Positions 1 through 8,083 of a stretch of 15,761 nucleotides of DNA are shown here, piece after piece (the first letter of the stretch is position 1; each line of letters begins with the position of its first letter). The stretch is taken from positions 1 through 15,761 of the forward strand of contig JBBIJB010000056.1 in NCBI GenBank assembly GCA_037446215.1. The letters run 5' to 3'. A model generated the notes under the pieces. That model saw only the letters and a program-made list of their open reading frames with translations. It ran no database searches and was not told the origin of the DNA. A program made the translations under genes and the position numbers. Origin of the DNA: Armatimonadota bacterium (GTDB taxonomy: Bacteria > Sysuimicrobiota > Sysuimicrobiia > Sysuimicrobiales > Humicultoraceae).

Positions 1-432
1 AACGGCTGGATAGACACCTATTGGGGGATCATGTTCCCGGGCCTGATTACCGCGTTTGGGATCTTCCTGATCCGCCAGTTCATGACAGGGATACCCGACG
101 AGCTGCTGGATGCCGGGAGGATCGACGGCGTCAGCGAGTTCGGGCTGTTCTGGCGGATAGCACTACCACAGGTCAGGCCCGCGATGGCGGCGCTGTGCAT
201 CTTCACCTTCCTGGGCAACTGGAACGCCTTCCTGTGGCCGATGATAGTGATCCAGACCCCGGACATGAGAACCCTCCCGGTGGGCATAGCGCTCTTCTCA
301 GGAGAGGCGGGGTCCGCATGGAACCTGATAATGGCCAGCTCCTCTCTGGCGATTGCCCCTGTGCTGCTCGTCTTCATCGTGCTGCAGAGGCAGATCATAG
401 AGGGGATAGTCTTGACCGGCCTGCGGTCGTAG
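1..432 (+). CDS. Carbohydrate ABC transporter permease (MalG/UgpE-type), 5'-truncated by the window edge
   Basis: The frame is open from base 1 (NGWIDTYWGIMFPGL...). It has an EAA-like loop (IPDELLDAGRIDGVSEFGLFWRIALPQVRP), the FLGNWNAFLWP and RTLPVG motifs, and a C-terminus (LQRQIIEGIVLTGL) typical of CUT1 sugar permeases. TAG at 430-432. Confidence 0.93.
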   Translation, partial: NGWIDTYWGIMFPGLITAFGIFLIRQFMTGIPDELLDAGRIDGVSEFGLFWRIALPQVRPAMAALCIFTFLGNWNAFLWPMIVIQTPDMRTLPVGIALFSGEAGSAWNLIMASSSLAIAPVLLVFIVLQRQIIEGIVLTGLRS

Positions 433-471
433 AGGACCTGAGCGCGGCCGGATCCTGAGGGAGTGGCGGCT

Positions 472-1452
472 TTGAGCAGCATCCCGGTGTTGGACTTCCA
501 TGCCCACTTCCAGGCTCGCCCCGGAGGGCCTGATGAAGACCGCGTCGCGCAGGAGTACCTCCGCAGCAGGGGCAGGGAGCGCTACGAGGTGGTCCGGGGC
601 TGGATAGCCGCGGATCAGGAGGCGTGGAGGCGTGCGTGGGGCTTCCCGGCACCCGAGCCCCCTGGCGACGACGAGGAGATGGCGCGGAGGTGGGCAGCCG
701 AGGTAGAGCGCTACGGCCTGGTGCGCGTGGTCTTCCTGACGGGCGGGGGCAACGACAGGCTGGCGGCTGTGGTACGCCGGGGCGCCGGCAGGTTCGTGGG
801 CTTCGCACACCACGACCCGTTCTCCGACGGCGCGGCTGAAGAGCTCGAGCGCGCCGTCACCGGCCTCGGGCTGCGGGGCTACAAGATCATCGCCCCCCTG
901 CTGCGCCAGCGCCTGGACGACCCCTCCCTGTTCCCGTTGTGGGAGGCCGTCGAGCGGCTGCAGATCCCTGTTGTGATCCACTTCGGGCCGCTGCGCCACG
1001 CCGGCGTGGTCGCGGGGCCCAACATCAGCCCGCTGGCAATAGCGGAGGTCGCCCGCGCCTTTCCCACGGTCCCGTTCGTCGTACCGCACTTCGGCTGCGG
1101 CTACCCTCGCGAGCTCCTCCATCTGATGTGGGCGTGCGGCAACGTCTACGCCGACACCTCGGGCAGCAACGAGTGGATGCGTTGGATGCCCTACCCCCTG
1201 GACCTGGAGGGCCTGTTCAGGCGGTTCCTCGAGAGCGCCGGACCCGCGAGGGTAATCTTCGGCTCCGACTCCTCATGGTTCCCCAGGGGCTTCTCCGCGC
1301 GCTACCTGGAGGAGCAGATGAGGGTGTGCCTCCGGCTGGGCCTACCCGAGGGCGACCTGCGGGCCGTCTTCGCCGGCAACGCCGCCCGGCTCCTGGGGCT
1401 GCCTATGCCCAAAGAGCCCGCGGCCGGAGGAGCCGGGCACTCCCCGGCGTAA
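472..1452 (+). CDS. Amidohydrolase family protein (Amidohydro_2, metal-dependent TIM barrel)
   Basis: Metal motif DFHAH near the N-terminus, plus GLRGYKI, PVVIHFG, VPHFG, NVYADTS and VIFGSDS. TTG at 472 was chosen because GAGGGAG (457-463) lies 8 nt upstream; GTG at 463 is the alternative start. Confidence 0.88.
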   Translation: MSSIPVLDFHAHFQARPGGPDEDRVAQEYLRSRGRERYEVVRGWIAADQEAWRRAWGFPAPEPPGDDEEMARRWAAEVERYGLVRVVFLTGGGNDRLAAVVRRGAGRFVGFAHHDPFSDGAAEELERAVTGLGLRGYKIIAPLLRQRLDDPSLFPLWEAVERLQIPVVIHFGPLRHAGVVAGPNISPLAIAEVARAFPTVPFVVPHFGCGYPRELLHLMWACGNVYADTSGSNEWMRWMPYPLDLEGLFRRFLESAGPARVIFGSDSSWFPRGFSARYLEEQMRVCLRLGLPEGDLRAVFAGNAARLLGLPMPKEPAAGGAGHSPA

Positions 1453-1513
1453 TTGTGCCACTGGGCGAGTCGGCGAGTCGGAGCGGCGCCGGACTGCCCC
1501 GAGGAGGGACAAG

Positions 1514-1990
1514 GTGCCACCGAATCTTGACTACGGGCGCGCGATCCAGACCCTGAGGGAGTCGGCCGGCCTCTCGCGCAAGGAGCTCGCGAACCTCTCG
1601 GGCATATCCTACTCCTTCCTGTCGCAGATCGAGAGGGGGCACAGGAAGCCCTCAGCCGAGACCGGCGCGGCGATAGCCCGGGCGCTGAGCATGAAGGCCA
1701 GCGAGTTCTTGAGGTACGTGGAGGAGCTCTCGCCGCCGGCCGGGGACTCTCCGCAACCGCGGGCGGTGCAGCTGCCCCTCAAGAAAGGCCGTGGCCTTGC
1801 CCTTTTCTCCGGCGTGCAGCCGGGCGAGGGAGGCCGCGCGGCAGGCGCCGAGGGCCCGGGGCACGAGGGCCCGCACGCCAAGCGCGACCTGGAGCTCGGA
1901 GAGATCCAGATCATCGCCAGGCGCCTCGGCGACGCCGACAGGCAGGCGCTGCTGCACCTGGCGCGCCACCTGGTGCACAGGAGGCAGTAG
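1514..1990 (+). CDS. XRE-family (HTH_3) transcriptional regulator
   Basis: LRESAGLSRKELANLSGISYSFLSQIERGHRKPS...IARAL is a canonical XRE helix-turn-helix. Strong RBS GAGGAGG at 1501-1507 before GTG 1514. Confidence 0.9.
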   Translation: MPPNLDYGRAIQTLRESAGLSRKELANLSGISYSFLSQIERGHRKPSAETGAAIARALSMKASEFLRYVEELSPPAGDSPQPRAVQLPLKKGRGLALFSGVQPGEGGRAAGAEGPGHEGPHAKRDLELGEIQIIARRLGDADRQALLHLARHLVHRRQ

Positions 1991-2002
1991 GGCAGGTTCT
2001 CG

Positions 2003-2950
2003 ATGGAGACGGGCGATCGGGGGGCTCCCAAGGGGGTCCTGGTTGTCGGCAATGTCTACTGCGACCTGGTCTTCTCCGGCCTCGAGGAGGCCCCGAGGCT
2101 GGGGGAGGAGGTCAGGACGGACCGGCTCACACTAACCGTGGGCGGCGGCGCCTTCATCACGGCAGCGGGCCTTGCGCGGCTGCGCATCCCCACCGCGCTA
2201 GCGGCCTACGTTGGTGCCGACAGCCTGGGCAGCATGCAGTGGCGGGCGGTGAGGAAGGCCCGCGTGGACACCTCTCTCGTCGTGCGGCATCCTTCACTCG
2301 GCGCGGGCCTCTCGGTGGCGTTCTCCACCCCCACGGACAGGGGCTTCATCACGTACCCCGGTTGCACCCGATCGACAGGCGATCTCATCGAGGCGATAGG
2401 AGCCGAGGATCTCGGCAGGTTCCGCCACGTCCACTTCGCCGGGATGCCTGCGCCGCTTGGCAGTCGCGTCCCCCTCCTGGAGCGCCTCCTTGCCATTGGG
2501 GCGACGGTCTCGCTGGACATAGGGTGGCATCCCTCTCACTACGGGACCTCCGACTTCCTCGATGTCGTGAGGAGGACGACGATCTTCATGCCCTCATGGA
2601 ACGACGCGCGGTGGCTGACAGGGCAGGACGCTCCGGAGGCGGCGCTGGCGGCACTCGCAGCGCTGGTGAAGGTGCCGGTGATCAAGCTCGGAGCCGACGG
2701 CGCGATCGGGATCGAGGATGGCCGCTGCGTCCGGGCCCGGCCGCCTGTGACCTCGGTCGTCGAAACCACCGGTGCCGGAGACGCCTTCAACGCGGGCTTC
2801 CTCTGGGCGTTCCTCTCAGGCAAGGAGATCTCGCGGTGTCTGGCGGCGGGTAACGCCTGCGGTGCGCTCTCAACGCGCGCACCGGGAGGGACGGCCGCCT
2901 TTCCCAAGCCCGCCGAGCTGCGTAGCGCGCTGGCGAGAGGGACGTCATGA
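2003..2950 (+). CDS. PfkB/ribokinase-family carbohydrate kinase
   Basis: N-terminal VVGNVYCDLVFSGL, GGGAFITAAGLARL, VGADSLG, VIKLGADGA, and the anion-hole signature ETTGAGDAFNAGFL followed by GNACGALST. Its stop overlaps the next start (ATGA, 2947-2950). Confidence 0.92.
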   Translation: METGDRGAPKGVLVVGNVYCDLVFSGLEEAPRLGEEVRTDRLTLTVGGGAFITAAGLARLRIPTALAAYVGADSLGSMQWRAVRKARVDTSLVVRHPSLGAGLSVAFSTPTDRGFITYPGCTRSTGDLIEAIGAEDLGRFRHVHFAGMPAPLGSRVPLLERLLAIGATVSLDIGWHPSHYGTSDFLDVVRRTTIFMPSWNDARWLTGQDAPEAALAALAALVKVPVIKLGADGAIGIEDGRCVRARPPVTSVVETTGAGDAFNAGFLWAFLSGKEISRCLAAGNACGALSTRAPGGTAAFPKPAELRSALARGTS

Positions 2951-4302
2951 TCGTAACCATCGTGGGGGGAGCGGGAATGCGAACCCCACTCCTCGTCGGC
3001 GGGCTGATAGAGCGCCACACCCGGATCCCGATCGACGAGCTGCTCCTCTACGACGTGGATGGGGGCGCCCTCGATCTCGTCCGGGGAGTGTCGGAGGCGA
3101 TGCTCCGGCGCGCCGGCTTCCCGTTCCGCGTCAGGACCTCGACGTCGCCGGACGGCATCTTCGACAGGGCGCGGTTCGTGATCACGAGCGTCCGCGTCGG
3201 AGGGTTGGAAGGCCGCGCCATCGACGAGAGGGTGCCCCTCCGCTACGGCGTCGTCGGCCAGGAGACGACCGGGCCGGGAGGGTGGGCGATGGCACTCCGT
3301 ACCGTGCCCCTGCTCACCGACCTGGCGGAGACGATCGGGCGAGGGCAGGCGGCCCGCCCCGGCACGATCATCAACTTCACCAACCCCGTTGGAGTGGTCA
3401 CGCAGGCGCTGGAGCGCGCGGCAGGCGGGCTGGCGATAGGTATATGCGACAGTCCTCCTGCGCTGGGGCGACACATTGCCAGGGCACTGGGCGTCCCTCC
3501 CGCGGTGGTAACGCTCGACTACCTTGGCCTCAACCATCTCGGATGGGTCGGGGCGGTCTGGGTCGACGGAGAGGACCGCCTCGGGGAGATCCTCGCGAGC
3601 GACGACCTCTTGCGGCGGATCTACGGACGCCCGCTCTTCGAGCCGCGGCTACTGAGGCGCCTGGGGCTGCTGCCCAACGAGTACCTGCGCTACTACTACT
3701 ACCACGACGAGGTCGTGGCGAGGCTTCGGAAGCAGCCGCAGACGCGCGGAGAAGCGCTCTTCGAGGTCGCGGCCTCCCTCCGCTCACGCGTCGCGAGGGC
3801 CCTCGAGCGCGGGGACGATCCGATACCGGACTACATGGCCGCCATACTCGCCAGGCGTTCTACTTACATGGCGGCGGAGACCGGGCAGAGGCGCGACCTC
3901 GCGATGATGGGTGGACGGGTCGAGGGCGGCTACGCACAGGCGGCCCTCGACGTGATCGAGGCGCTGCTCCTCCGCGGCCCCGAGGAGCTGATCGTAAACA
4001 CGGCCAACAGGGGTGCCATAGGGGGGCTGCGGAGCGACGACATCGTAGAGGTCCCTTCGGGCTTCGCCACAGGAGCTCCCCTACCGCGCGACATGGGCGA
4101 GTTGCCGGAGCAGGTCAGGGACCTGGTGCTGCGGGTGAAGGACTATGAGAGGGTGACCGCGCAAGCGGCCGCGGAGCGATCGTGGTCGATGGCGGTCGAT
4201 GCGCTCGCGGTCCATCCCCTGGTCCCTTCCAGGGAGATCGCGGCGGCCATAGCAGGTGACTACCGCCGCATGCACTCACCTCACCTGGATTACCTCAAGT
4301 AG
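2947..4302 (+). CDS. Glycoside hydrolase family 4, NAD+/Mn2+-dependent, 6-phospho-beta-glucosidase-like
   Basis: Rossmann start IVGGAGMRTP, RVGGLEGRAIDERVPLRYGVVGQETTGPGG, INFTNP, metal Cys (GICDSP), metal His (GLNHLGW), PNEYLRYYY, VEVP, VKDYE and HPLV. Confidence 0.93.
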   Translation: MIVTIVGGAGMRTPLLVGGLIERHTRIPIDELLLYDVDGGALDLVRGVSEAMLRRAGFPFRVRTSTSPDGIFDRARFVITSVRVGGLEGRAIDERVPLRYGVVGQETTGPGGWAMALRTVPLLTDLAETIGRGQAARPGTIINFTNPVGVVTQALERAAGGLAIGICDSPPALGRHIARALGVPPAVVTLDYLGLNHLGWVGAVWVDGEDRLGEILASDDLLRRIYGRPLFEPRLLRRLGLLPNEYLRYYYYHDEVVARLRKQPQTRGEALFEVAASLRSRVARALERGDDPIPDYMAAILARRSTYMAAETGQRRDLAMMGGRVEGGYAQAALDVIEALLLRGPEELIVNTANRGAIGGLRSDDIVEVPSGFATGAPLPRDMGELPEQVRDLVLRVKDYERVTAQAAAERSWSMAVDALAVHPLVPSREIAAAIAGDYRRMHSPHLDYLK

Positions 4303-4349
4303 CCGGACCGGAGCGCTCGCACTGTCCCGTCGCACGTACACCCAGGTCA

Positions 4350-4378
4350 TGCAGGAATTCCTGCAAGGGAACTCGAAG
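4350..4378 (+). promoter_or_regulatory. Perfect 16-bp palindrome (TGCAGGAATTCCTGCA, 4350-4365) overlapping a SigH-like promoter pattern upstream of the RpiR gene
   Basis: The palindrome is read directly from the sequence. GCAGGAATT (4351-4359), a 12-nt spacer and ctcGAAG (4372-4378) resemble the RnAGGAwWW-N11/12-RnnGAAT consensus. Function is inferred. Confidence 0.45.
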
Positions 4379-4387
4379 ATCCGAAAT

Positions 4388-5305
4388 GTGCAGGAGTCAC
4401 TGCGCCCCCGCTCCCTCCCCGAGGCGGTCGACGCCGCCTACGGGCGCCTGAGTGTCACCCACAGGCGTCTCGCAGAGCACATCCTGGCGAACTACGACGA
4501 GGCGGCGTTTCTGAACTCGCGCGAACTCGGGGCGAGGGTGGGCGCCAGCGACTCGACCGTCGTCAGGTTCGCGCACGCCCTGGGCTACTCGGGCTACCCC
4601 GACCTACGCTCGGCCATGGCCGCCATGATGAGGGCTAGGGCCACCGACAGCAGCCGGATGGCCCATGCGCTGCGTCGGCTCAGGCGCGACCGCTCCCCGC
4701 TGGCACAGGTCCTGGACCAGGACCTGGCCGCGCTCAGCTCCCTGCGCAGCACCCTGTCCACGGCGGCCATAACCGAGGCGGCCGGGCTCATCTGGGGGGC
4801 TCGCAGGGTGGTCGCGATAGGGATGGGCATATCACGGTCGCTGGCTCACTTCGCCGCCTTCCGCCTCCGGCGCATGGGGGTCCGGGTGGAAACGATCACC
4901 CACGGAGGCAGCGAGTCCTGGGAGGTACTGTTTGGGATAGCGCCCAGGGATGTGGTGCTGGCGGTAGGCTTCTTCCGGGGTTACCACGACATCGTGCGTG
5001 CGCTTGAATACGCACGGAGCCGCGGCGCCTGCACCGTTGTCCTCACGGACACCCCGGACTCCCCACTCGCCCCCCACGCCGACCGCCTGATGATCGCGCG
5101 AAGGGGCGAGTTGGCCGCGGTGAACTCCCTGGTCACGCCGATGGCGCTCCTCAACCTCCTGACGGTGGCGGTCGCCCTGCAGGCGCCGGAGAAGGTGACC
5201 AGCAAGCTGGGCGAGTGGGACCTGATACGCGCGGCGTTCGAGCAAGGCGCGGGAAGGAACGAGCGCGAACCGCGCGGAGGCCGGATGCCCGCGCACGACG
5301 AGTAA
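4388..5305 (+). CDS. RpiR/MurR-family transcriptional regulator (HTH plus SIS phosphosugar-binding domain)
   Basis: RLSVTHRRLAEHILAN...SRELGARVGASDSTVVRFAHALGYSGYPDLR is the RpiR HTH. SIS-domain motifs are IGMGISRSLA and VLTDTPDSPLA. The start is uncertain (GTG 4388 or ATG 4349); the ORF-track start at 4256 overlaps the GH4 gene. Confidence 0.92.
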   Translation: MQESLRPRSLPEAVDAAYGRLSVTHRRLAEHILANYDEAAFLNSRELGARVGASDSTVVRFAHALGYSGYPDLRSAMAAMMRARATDSSRMAHALRRLRRDRSPLAQVLDQDLAALSSLRSTLSTAAITEAAGLIWGARRVVAIGMGISRSLAHFAAFRLRRMGVRVETITHGGSESWEVLFGIAPRDVVLAVGFFRGYHDIVRALEYARSRGACTVVLTDTPDSPLAPHADRLMIARRGELAAVNSLVTPMALLNLLTVAVALQAPEKVTSKLGEWDLIRAAFEQGAGRNEREPRGGRMPAHDE

Positions 5306-5352
5306 CGGCGGGCGGTGGTACGCAGAAGAACGCGCGACAGGAGGAGATGGAG

Positions 5353-6348
5353 ATGCCACACAGGGCGCTAGCGGTTCTCATCTTGGCGGTGGCGCTGGCG
5401 GTCGCCGGGGTCGTGCCGCCGGCCGGAGCGCAGCAGGCCTCCGGCACGGTAGTCCTCTACACATCCGTTCCCCAGGAGCTGGCGACGGAGTTCAGCAGGT
5501 CGTTCATGAGGCGCTATCCCCAGATCAAGCTCGAGATACTGCGCTCGGGAAGCACGGAGATAGAGAAGCGGATCTTCGCCGAGTTGGAGACCGGCGGCAT
5601 CAGGGCCGACCTGCTCTGGCTGGCGGACGCGCCCGTCTTCATCACGCTGCGCGACAAAGGGCTGCTGCTGCCCTACAGGGCGCCGGACTCGAGGTTCATA
5701 CCCGCTGCGTTCCGAGACCCCGGCAACAGCTTCATCGCGGGACGGTTGATCAACATGGTCATCGCGACCAACACGACGCTGATCCCTGCCCACGCCGCGC
5801 CCAGATCCTGGGCGACCTTCCCGAAGTTCGGCAAGACCGCGGCGATGCCGAACCCGCTGTTCTCCGGCTCCGTGTTCGTGACGGTGGCCACATTCGTGCA
5901 GAAGTACGGCTGGGCGTGGTTCGAGCAGGCCAGGCGGGAGAACATCCAGGTGCTGCGCGGGAACACGGAGGTGGCCCGGGGGCTGGCGGCGCGGGAGTTC
6001 GGGGTCGGGATGACCCTCGACTTCATGGTCTACAACCTGATCGGCGACGGTGCGCCGCTCTCCATCGTCTGGCCGGATGAGGGCGCGGTCTCGGTGCCGA
6101 GCCCCGTTGCGATAGTCAGGGGCTCGAAGAACCCGGAGGCCGCCAGGCGGTTCGTGGACTTCGTAATCAGCGTCGAGGGCCAGAAGTTCCTCGCCTCGCA
6201 GGGCGTCGTTCCCGTGCGCGAGGACGTTGATCCCCCCAAGGGACAGCCGCGCGCCTCCGAGATCAAGTCGCTGCCTATCCCGTTCGAGTGGGCGGCGAAG
6301 AACGCCGCCGAGATCCGGGCCAAGTTCGAGCAGATCATGATGCGCTAG
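5353..6348 (+). CDS. ABC transporter substrate-binding protein, FbpA/AfuA/ThiB-like superfamily
   Basis: RBS AGGAGG (5339-5344) lies 8 nt before ATG 5353. Signal peptide MPHRALAVLILAVALAVAGVVPPAGA-QQ; motifs VLYTS, ADLLWLAD, NPLFSGS, VWPDEG, KNPEAARRFVDFVISVEGQ and PVREDV. Confidence 0.9.
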   Translation: MPHRALAVLILAVALAVAGVVPPAGAQQASGTVVLYTSVPQELATEFSRSFMRRYPQIKLEILRSGSTEIEKRIFAELETGGIRADLLWLADAPVFITLRDKGLLLPYRAPDSRFIPAAFRDPGNSFIAGRLINMVIATNTTLIPAHAAPRSWATFPKFGKTAAMPNPLFSGSVFVTVATFVQKYGWAWFEQARRENIQVLRGNTEVARGLAAREFGVGMTLDFMVYNLIGDGAPLSIVWPDEGAVSVPSPVAIVRGSKNPEAARRFVDFVISVEGQKFLASQGVVPVREDVDPPKGQPRASEIKSLPIPFEWAAKNAAEIRAKFEQIMMR

Positions 6349-6361
6349 GCAGGGACCAACG

Positions 6362-8065
6362 ATGAGCACAGGCTCCGGGCCGGCACCGACCGGCGGAAGG
6401 CGCCCCGGGGGTCCCATCGTAGACCCCCGGGTACTCCTCCTGGGCGCAACGGCGGTCCTGATGGCGATGCTGATCGTCTGGCCCACCAGCCAGGTGATCA
6501 CCCGCAGCCTCTGGACCGAAGGCCAGTTCACGCTCTCGCACTACGAGAGGGCCCTCACACAGCCGGGGAACCTGCGGGCGCTGCTGAACACCGTTTGGGT
6601 GGGCCTTGCATCGGCGCTGGGCGCCATGAGCGTCGGCACGCTCGCCGCGTTCCTGATGGTGCGCACCGACATGCCGGGGAAGGGGTGGCTTCGCCCCCTG
6701 ATGATCTTCCCCTACGCCATACCTCCCTTCTTCGGCGCGATAGCGTGGGCGCAGCTGCTGGGGCCGCAGGGATACCTGATGCGGCCCCTGATCGCATTGC
6801 TGGGCCTGAAGGAGGCACCGTTCACGATCTACGGACCGTGGGGGATCATCTTCGTCGAGACGATCCACTTCTTCCCGCTCGTATTCCTGACGGTGACGGG
6901 CGCGCTGCAGCGCATGGACACCAGCCTGGAGGAGGCCGCCAGGTGCAGTGGCGCGGGCAGCCTGCGCGTCATGCGTGACGTGACGATTCCCCTGGTGACT
7001 CCCGCGGTGCTGGCGGGGGGCGTGCTTGCCTTCGTAGGGTCGCTCACCAACTTCGGAATCCCCGCACTGCTGGGAATCCGTGCGCGGTTCTATGTGCTCA
7101 CCACGAGCATTTACGCCTCCCTCAACATCCCGGACTTCCCACTGGCGACGGCCAAGTCGATGCTCCTGGTCATCGTCGCCGCGGGCGCCCTGGTGGTTCA
7201 GTGGCGGCTTCAGAGGGGAGAGGGAAGGTACACCGTGATCGCAGGCAAGTCGATCCACCCCCAGACACTCCGCCTCGGGTCAATGAGGTGGCCCGCGTTC
7301 GGGCTGGCGGCGCTGTTCGCGATCGTGATCGCCATCCTACCGATCTTCTCGCTGGGGCTGACCTCGCTGCTGCGCTACTACGGGGCGCCGATTGCCGCGG
7401 CGAGCCTGACGCTGAAACATTACGCCTATGTCACAAGCCAGGAGTTCATAAGGCGCGCGCTGTGGAACAGCACGCTCCTGGGCGTGTCCGCGGCGACGAT
7501 CACGATGGTGATGGGGACGTTCGTTGCCTACGCGCGAATCCGTGCGCGTATCAGGGGCGCGGCGCTCCTCGACACCCTGGGGATGCTCCCTTATGCTATA
7601 CCGCACACGGTGATCGCGATAGCGATGATCCTCGCATGGGCCCGCCGGCCGTTCTCCCTGTACGGAACGCTCTGGATCATCCTGATCGCCTATCTGGTCG
7701 CCTATCTGCCCTACTCGCTGCGGACGACCTCCGCCACGCTCCAGCAGGTGCACGGCTCTCTCGAGGAGGCGGCGCGTGTCTCCGGTGCGGGGCCCCTGAG
7801 GGCGCTGCGCGACGTGATAGTGCCGCTCGTGCGCCCAGGGATGGTCGCCGGGTGGATCCTGGTCTTCATGCCGGCGTTCCGCGAGTTGACGATGTCTATA
7901 CTCCTGTTCGGGCTGAGGACCGAAACGATAGGCGTCGTGATATTCAACATGCAGGACTCCGGCTACACCCAGATAGCCGCGGCGCTCTCGGTGCTCGTGC
8001 TGGCGATGGTGGTCGCGGCCAACGCCGCGGCGCGCAGGATCACGAGGGGACAGGTCGGGTTCTAG
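6362..8065 (+). CDS. ABC transporter permease with two fused TM modules (FbpB/AfuB-type)
   Basis: 567 aa, hydrophobic, with two EAA loops (SLEEAARCSGA, SLEEAARVSGA) plus RTDMPG, IPPFFGAIAW and NFGIPALLG. Confidence 0.93.
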   Translation: MSTGSGPAPTGGRRPGGPIVDPRVLLLGATAVLMAMLIVWPTSQVITRSLWTEGQFTLSHYERALTQPGNLRALLNTVWVGLASALGAMSVGTLAAFLMVRTDMPGKGWLRPLMIFPYAIPPFFGAIAWAQLLGPQGYLMRPLIALLGLKEAPFTIYGPWGIIFVETIHFFPLVFLTVTGALQRMDTSLEEAARCSGAGSLRVMRDVTIPLVTPAVLAGGVLAFVGSLTNFGIPALLGIRARFYVLTTSIYASLNIPDFPLATAKSMLLVIVAAGALVVQWRLQRGEGRYTVIAGKSIHPQTLRLGSMRWPAFGLAALFAIVIAILPIFSLGLTSLLRYYGAPIAAASLTLKHYAYVTSQEFIRRALWNSTLLGVSAATITMVMGTFVAYARIRARIRGAALLDTLGMLPYAIPHTVIAIAMILAWARRPFSLYGTLWIILIAYLVAYLPYSLRTTSATLQQVHGSLEEAARVSGAGPLRALRDVIVPLVRPGMVAGWILVFMPAFRELTMSILLFGLRTETIGVVIFNMQDSGYTQIAAALSVLVLAMVVAANAAARRITRGQVGF

Positions 8066-8083
8066 GATGAGGTGATCGCACAG

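Noticed and set aside
4256..4348. N-terminal extensions given by the ORF track for RpiR (4256), and similarly for the binding protein (5215) and the dehydrogenase (12633)
   Set aside because: They overlap upstream genes or promoter elements and lack an RBS. Downstream starts fit the family domain boundaries better.
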